Source: Paraspadella gotoi (taxonomy: Eukaryota > Animalia > Chaetognatha). Taken from it: a stretch of DNA of 64,000 bases. Within the stretch, counting starts at the first letter, position 1. Each line of letters begins with the position of its first letter. Location: assembly GCA_051294375.1 (NCBI GenBank), contig CM119268.1, positions 2,478,063 to 2,542,062 of the forward strand, written 5' to 3'. The translations under genes were made by a program, and so were the position numbers. Shown here piece by piece: positions 56,771 through 64,000 of the stretch. Below the pieces are notes generated by a model. That model was not told the origin of the DNA, did no database searches, and was given only the letters and a program-made list of their open reading frames with translations.

Positions 56771-57661
56771 GGTCTCAGGCCATCTCTCTCTTTTTTTGTG
56801 TTGTGTGTGTGTGTATTTATGAATCATTTTTGAACCATGAAACGAAGACATTAAATATTAAAGTACCATTTCTATAAAACTTCGATTATCCAAGATCAAA
56901 ATTTGTCCAAGATATAAGTAAGTCTATGGAAATTTAGTACTTGCGGTTAAATTTAATTAGGCGATAAATTAATCTCTATGTTTAAATTTATATTAATTCT
57001 TTATATTATTTTTAAGCAAAGTAATTTATCTTTACATCGATTGTTTAATTGTAAAAATTAATAGTATTTAACTGAGGAGGTATATTGTTTAATAACTTTC
57101 TTTTAAAAAATTTTTCGCAAGGATGCATATTTTAAAGACGAAAAAAAAAACGAATATATTTTCCGGCGAAATGAATTTTTCATGATCATCGAACGAAGAA
57201 CAAAGCAGTGATAATCTAAAAACATAAGAACGAAGAACAAAGCAGTTATAATCTAAAAACATAAGATCGAAAAATTCGCCAGCTCGAGAAAATTGTCGTC
57301 GTTGTTGTCGTCGTTGATATAATGTTGTATATATTATATATGTATATTGTATGTTTATATTTTCACTTTAGGTGCAAAATAAGAACCCTTTGTTTTATTC
57401 TTTTGAAAACGCGTAGCGTCGTATTCGGGATTGAACGGTCTTGAATCTCTCACGTGACCTTCCGACTTTAAAGCTGGAACAACAGCAGTCGAGGAAAGAG
57501 AGATTGATTAATATTATTAATATTATTAATATTAATATCAATATTACATAACTAGGACGTGAGAATAAAAGGGAAAGAGGAAGAGCGAAAGGGAAGATTT
57601 AACGGGAAAGGTTGAAGGAAAGAGAGCGAGACAGAGAGAACTAGACAGATATAAAGAGCAA

Positions 57662-57760
<99 letters not shown>

Positions 57761-59423
57761 AGAATGAGACGGAGGCGTATCGTTACGACTTCGTACGTGC
57801 TTGGTGCTCCTTCGGAAAAACAAAGAACAATAGGACATTTAACATTATTTAATATTATATTTTATTCCTTTAAAAATATCTAAATTCCTTTTATTTTTTA
57901 CCATAGATTAATTTAGTATTTGCTCGTGTTTGTTTCACACTGCACAACTTAATTATAATTAGAATTAGAATTCTTATAATCATCCACTTTGCCAAGTTTA
58001 AGTCTTTTCCCCCAAAAAAATATTTATACTTTTCAACTCCCAAACGAGCGATGTTCTTTTGTCTAAATTTGGAGTCATCATCATCGTCTTCCTTTATTCC
58101 TCCTCCGACCGCCAGAGCGAAATCACAATGATAATCGTTGTCTCTCTCGAACGCCAACTCCCGCTCATCACGCGTAACGATAAATAGTCGGCGATAATAT
58201 CAATATTAATCTTTTTTCTTTCTTGATTTCAATGTCGAAACTTATTCATATAAAATTGACTTATTATACGGAGTCATTATTATTCTATGCACGACAGAAA
58301 GATAGTGGTGTCTAGTTCCACGATGTTGACGTCTTGACGATGGACCATGACCAGAACAAGCGTATCAAAAGCCCGATCGTTTGCTTTCTCGGGATATCTA
58401 GAGATTTTGGATTTTAGTCCATGTAAACACTCTCCCATTTTTTCTCTCTTTTATTCCATACGACACACAATGGCGATAACACACGGTGCACGTTAACACA
58501 TTGAGCCGATGCACGCAAATGAGAGGATTCGTCGCACGCACTTGCACGCACGCACTTGCGAGCGAATCCTAAATCCTTCGCGGAGCCAAACATAACTCGA
58601 GGGATTACTCGGTCGCTTCGGCTTCGAGAGAAGAATGACCGAGAGACTTTCTCAGAGGGCGGGACGGATTTGCTTGAGCGTCACGAAAGACGGACATTGT
58701 CTGTGGCAACCAAGCAATCGAGCAATCAAGCAATCGCGACACGAAGTACTAACGGAGCCATTCTTTCGGGTGGTAAAAAAAGCGGCAAACAAGCGGCAAA
58801 CAAGCGGAAGGAAAAGCTTGGGTAAGGCAAGGCCAAAATGGTCTCCTTCCGCTATGGGCCTTCACTTTCCTTCCCTCTTTCCCCTACCTAAGACAAGATT
58901 CAAGTAAAATAAATCATACATACTGGGAAACATACGCACATATTGCGTACATTAAAGCGTAGTAAAAATTATAAATTTAACTTTAATTAAAATTATAAAA
59001 GAAAGAAATTAACAACATTGAACTGATGAACATTAATGTATTAAAAAAATTCATTCTAAATTATGCAATTAACGCAGTAGGCCATATTTATATATAGTAC
59101 TAACCTTATAAATGTTCAAATTTCAAAATGGCTTTTTGTAAGATTTTTTTACAGATTTTTTTCAATGATATGATACTTGAAAAATGACTCACGTTGTTGA
59201 ACGTTCGTACGTAGAATACATTCATACTTTATTCATCAGGCCTTTCTCTTAAGACAACAAATTTCAAACAGATTATCATTATAGAAATTATCTCGCAATT
59301 ACATTTTTTCCTTCCTATGTTTATTTTTGTCATTAGAATTTTGACCGCGGAGCTCGTAATTATATTTCAAGGACGAAAAAAGGAAAGGTCACGATAATTT
59401 AAAAATAAGTTAATAAAAAAAGC

Positions 59424-59505
<82 letters not shown>

Positions 59506-59879
59506 AAAATTCATTGATGCGCAGCGACTGATTCTGAAGATCGAGTTTCGTCGAGAAATCAAAAACTTGTTTTGTTTTTTTTTTAATTTTGGTTTCCCCA
59601 ACATGACGATTTTGTTTATACTTTCCGAAACTTTTCTTCTTTTTTTTTCTCTCTAAAGTTTCGTTTTGTTTTATTTAAAATTATTAAATCGCTCCGAATT
59701 CCTGACAAATTCGATCGAAGTCATGATGTCAAAAAAAAAGTTTGTTTGTATGATTAAAAATAAACCGAATGAAAAAAAAAAACAATCGGGGATAAACTAC
59801 ACACGAGACTGTAAAAACGATTAAAAAAAAAAAGAAACGATGTAAAAAAAAACTGATGATAGAAAAAAAAAACAGGAAA

Positions 59880-60135
59880 AAAATTACATCAACTGGCGTT
59901 AGCGAGGCCTCCGGGACTGTCGTCACTGGTCAGCGGCCCGGTGAAACGGTCTCCGATTGGTCGCCCTTTTTGTTCCGTTCCACCTCGCGATTGGTCCACC
60001 ACGGAACCGTGGCTTTTGACGTTAGCGACGGCGTTTTCAAGTCGCATCGCGACTGATGATTGGTCGATGCGCGTGAAAGCGTGACGCAAACCGTTTTTTT
60101 TTCTTTCTTTCGTTCGCGCGATCGACGATTTCGCT
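59880..60135. promoter_or_regulatory. CpG-rich island with three reverse CCAAT boxes and CRE-like half-sites
   Basis: GATTGG at 59955, 59989 and 60058; TGACG and TCGCG motifs. Motif-only evidence. Confidence 0.35.
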
Positions 60136-60411
60136 GTTTTGGTTTTTTTTTTTTTTTGTTTTTTTTTCTTTTCTTTTTATTCTTTATTTTCTTTTCCCCT
60201 TTCTCTCTCTCTCTTCTCTCTCTCTCATCCTCTCTCTCTCTCTCTTCTCTCTCTCTCATGGTTGAAACGAACCTGTCGCTTGGCCTTGAGAACTGAGAGG
60301 GAAAACAGCGGAAGATAAAAAAAACCAGAAGAAACAAAAGGTTTTTTTTTCGTTGTCCAATGATTACGCGTATACGCGGCGGTATATCGCGAAAAGGCAA
60401 GATATAACGCG

Positions 60412-60488
<77 letters not shown>

Positions 60489-60595
60489 CTCTCGTTCCTC
60501 GATAGAATGACGTCAGCGCGACAAATATTTGTACAGTAAGCTCGCGGATACGATAAGGGCAGCGATGTCTCAACTCTCAAGGCCGAAACTGCAGA

Positions 60596-60667
<72 letters not shown>

Positions 60668-60716
60668 CTCTCTTAAACTCGTGGAGGCGGAGAGCTCCTA
60701 ATTACGTCTACGGACG

Positions 60717-61000
60717 TTTGATTGGGAACCTTTCAAATGAAACATTCGATACATTTCTAAGAAAACTTTCAAGGAGCAAAAATTTTCTAAAATAGGCAAG
60801 AAGCATTAGTAATTAATTTTTTAATATTGTATTTATAGAAGGAAATGTCCAAAAATTTTTTTTGCAATTTTTATTTTTTAAAAGCAGATTCAAATAGTTA
60901 TGAAACAGTTATCTACACCAAAGTATAATTCTTTTTTCAAAATAATTTTGTATGAAAGTGCCGGTTTAAAATTGAGGAAAACCTTTAAAATCATCATTCA
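60717..61000 (+). repeat. Dispersed AT-rich repeat, copy 2 (homologous to 13561-13822)
   Basis: See copy 1. Similarity may extend further right. Confidence 0.75.
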
Positions 61001-63146
61001 TCATCACTCATCCGATGATTTTAGCAGTTTTTACTAATTTTTAGTAATTAAAACATCAAAATTTTGAAAAGTTTGTAATTATATTTTTTGCCTTAACTTT
61101 TTAAGCTTCTATCAGAATCATTAAAAAACTTAAACTATACAAAAAAATTTTTGACATTATATAGCGGAATATATATAATTATTATTTAGCGATTACTCAT
61201 GTTATTGGAAACATTTTGGCAAAAAAATAATATTTTAACACAATAATAATACCAATTATATGGATTAGTTTAATCTGTTACCCATTAAAATTTGAATTTG
61301 GTCGGCTACCGCTATGGGAGGATAATAACAGTTGATATCCTACGGAAGAGAGAAGAGCCTCTCTGGGGATTTCTCTCTCTCTCTCTCTATCTCTCGCAGA
61401 GTGATAGAGAGGGTCTGATCCGGCGACGGGAGGATTGCATGTCGGAAAGACGTTTTTATTGGCACAATTTATCCGACGACGTCAGAGAGGGCTGTCTCGA
61501 GTCGTTTCGGCTTCGGAGATTCCTCGCGATTGTCCTCGTGACGCCAGTGGCCGCGTTCTAAAGATCCGGGTTCGAATAATCGAATGGCTTTTCAAGTTAT
61601 GATGTCGAAATAAAAAGAGAGAAAGGGTAAAAGTTGGTGATATTTGAGAACGAAGGTTTAAAATGTTGTTTTCCGTATATATATCTCTTTGAAAAGGTTT
61701 GTAATTAACAACATATATACGGAAAAAAATTATAAATTTTAATGAAGGTGACAAAGGTTGACGTTTTTGGGTGGACAGTAAAAAAACTAAAAGATACGAG
61801 TAAAATACTAAACATCAGGGTTCTTGAGTTCAATGGGATTTAGTTTTAGTTAAAACATTTCTTATAAGATAATTAATATAAATAAAAAGAACAAGAACAA
61901 TAATGTACACTAAGCGTAGAACAATAGTCTTATTTAAAAGAATGTAATACAAGTCCAGTAATAAATTAAAGTGACAGAGGTTGACGACTTTGGTTTGACA
62001 CTAAAAATAATTGAAATTATAATTAATATGATAATAATTATGATTATATTTATAATTATGATTATAATTTGAAATTAACCTTGGGTAAGTTATCACTCAA
62101 CTGCTTTTTTATTTTTAAAACATTGTTTTTCAATATAATTTCCTTACTTATTTTAATTTGATTTAAGTTGAAAATGGTTGACACCCATCCCTACAGATAT
62201 TTGATGCTAAATTTGTTCAGCTAATTTCATATTATAAATATATTAGTATATAAGTTAGAGACTCTTCTTGATTAAAATTAATTTACTCTCGTCAGATGTT
62301 TTGTACCGATCGACTTTGACGTCCTATAACTTTTGGACGCTTTGATAGATTTTAATGAGACCTGGACCAATCGCTTTATCTTTCAATATGCTCAGTTTTA
62401 TGTTTTAATATCTTAGTGAAATTCATCTATCCAATATAATTTTTTCAGTGTGAAAGTGTCTTTTTTTTTTGTTGAGCCTCAGTGTACTACTCTAGATTTT
62501 TAAGCCAGAAATTTGAATAATATATGCGTTTTATTTCGAATTCAACATGGTTGATTCAGTACAAACAGGAGCACCAGTGGTTTAAATTTATTTGGTGTTT
62601 GAGTTAAATTTGACAAAGTTTATGACAATCATTTTTTATAGGTAGGAAAGCAAATACATCTTTAACTTCTAGTTAGATCAAAATTTGTAAACTTTAATTG
62701 ATATAGATTAAAAGAACAGGAACGATGACGAAAAATAAGCGTAGTAAAACAATGTTTTTTAATTTTAAAAATGTTAGGTTCGTCATAGCCGGTGATTAGG
62801 TTTGTATTTTCTCTTACTTTTTCAGTAAAATTGTCTAACCTTTCGAGGTCCAACGAATCTAAATCTAATAATTCAATGATCTAACGTGATCTATGTGTCT
62901 TACTGCAAACTTTTTGGGGTGGGACTGACGAACCGACAAAGTGAATTGTAGAGTCGGGATCGGCAAAGCAGATCCGGCTAAAAATTATTTGACGATAAAA
63001 AATAAATAAGTTCGCGAGATATTTTTTTTGTTTCGTCAAGAAAGTGTTTCCTTTCTCCGCTTGACGTCGCAAGTAGTGTCAAAAACCAAAGGAAAAAATT
63101 TAAACAAATGAACAATTTTTTCGACTTCACTTTCGAAAAAAAATTG

Positions 63147-63457
63147 TAATTGTTATTAAATACAAAGTTTCGAAAGTTTAAACTGATGCAAAGTTATTCA
63201 TGGAATCACAAACATATAAATATATTTTGGCTTGAGAACTGACTATGGATTTTCAGTTGTCTTTCTCGTTTAGCCTCAGCGCTTTCTCTCTTGCTATCTT
63301 CCTTTTCCTCTAAAAATCTCTAAAAATTAATTTAAATATTGTAGACANNNNNNNNNNNNNNNNNNNNNNNNNCCAAAATATATTTATATGTTTGTATTCC
63401 ATCAATAACTTTGCATTAGTTTAAACTTTCGAAAACTTTGTATTTAATAACAATTAC
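63147..63457. repeat. About 85 bp inverted repeat pair (63147-63229 / 63373-63457)
   Basis: gtaattgttattaaatacaaagtttcgaaag...atatattttgg versus its reverse complement. The right arm is flanked by N gaps. Confidence 0.8.
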
Positions 63458-64000
63458 NNNNNNNNNNNNNNNNNNNNNNNNNNNNNNNNNNNNNNNNNNN
63501 NNNNNNNNNNNNNNNNNNNNNNNNNNNNNNNNNNNNNNNNNNNNNNNNNNNNNNNNNNNNNNNNNNNNNNNNNNNNNNNNNNNNNNNNNNNNNNNNNNNN
63601 NNNNNNNNNNNNNNNNNNNNNNNNNNNNNNNNNNNNNNNNNNNNNNNNNNNNNNNNNNNNNNNNNNNNNNNNNNNNNNNNNNNNNNNNNNNNNNNNNNNN
63701 NNNNNNNNNNNNNNNNNNNNNNNNNNCTGTCAAATTGTTTCTTTTATTTCAGAAAAAAAAATTATTTAATTGAAACCGAGACCAACTATTAATTTTTTTC
63801 AGCCTATTATCGTGAAAACCTTCGCCTCAGCCAGGCTATGGTTATGGCCGAAGGCTTCGGGAGTTGGGACAGAGAAGCCCTGATCCTCCCAAAAGCCTTC
63901 GCCCACCACACGCTCGACGATGGGGATAAAACAAATTCCTTGAATGCATTTATTTTTTTTCAGCGCCTGTCTGTTGCTCTACGAAGCAACGCAAACTTGC

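Overview
Eukaryotic, probably invertebrate metazoan, draft-assembly DNA. It is AT-rich, dense in GA/CT microsatellites, has GC-rich spliced exons and many N gaps. Main content: (1) A multi-exon minus-strand PDE3-family cyclic nucleotide phosphodiesterase gene, about 15.3-37 kb and probably extending to about 43.4 kb through extra acidic N-terminal exons. Parts of it occur as indel-riddled tandem or inverted copies that look like raw long-read gap-fill artefacts. (2) An AT-rich, apparently intronless XK/Xkr-scramblase-like multipass membrane gene of about 980 codons (4696-10547). It is split by a 2.9 kb CACGG...CCGTG DNA transposon with about 800 bp TIRs and a 4 bp TCAT target-site duplication (Chapaev/CMC-like), and the block lies between two arrays of the same 22 bp repeat. 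(3) A 1.7 kb non-autonomous hAT-like element with an 8 bp TSD in a PDE3 intron. (4) A near full-length, frameshifted two-ORF non-LTR retrotransposon (APE + RT, RTEX-like) at about 51.7-55.9 kb. (5) Assorted hairpins, dispersed repeats, minisatellites and promoter-like motif clusters. Most ORFs in the supplied track are microsatellite or N-gap artefacts. No rRNA, tRNA or CRISPR feature was supportable. All family calls come from motif recall by eye; no database search was run.
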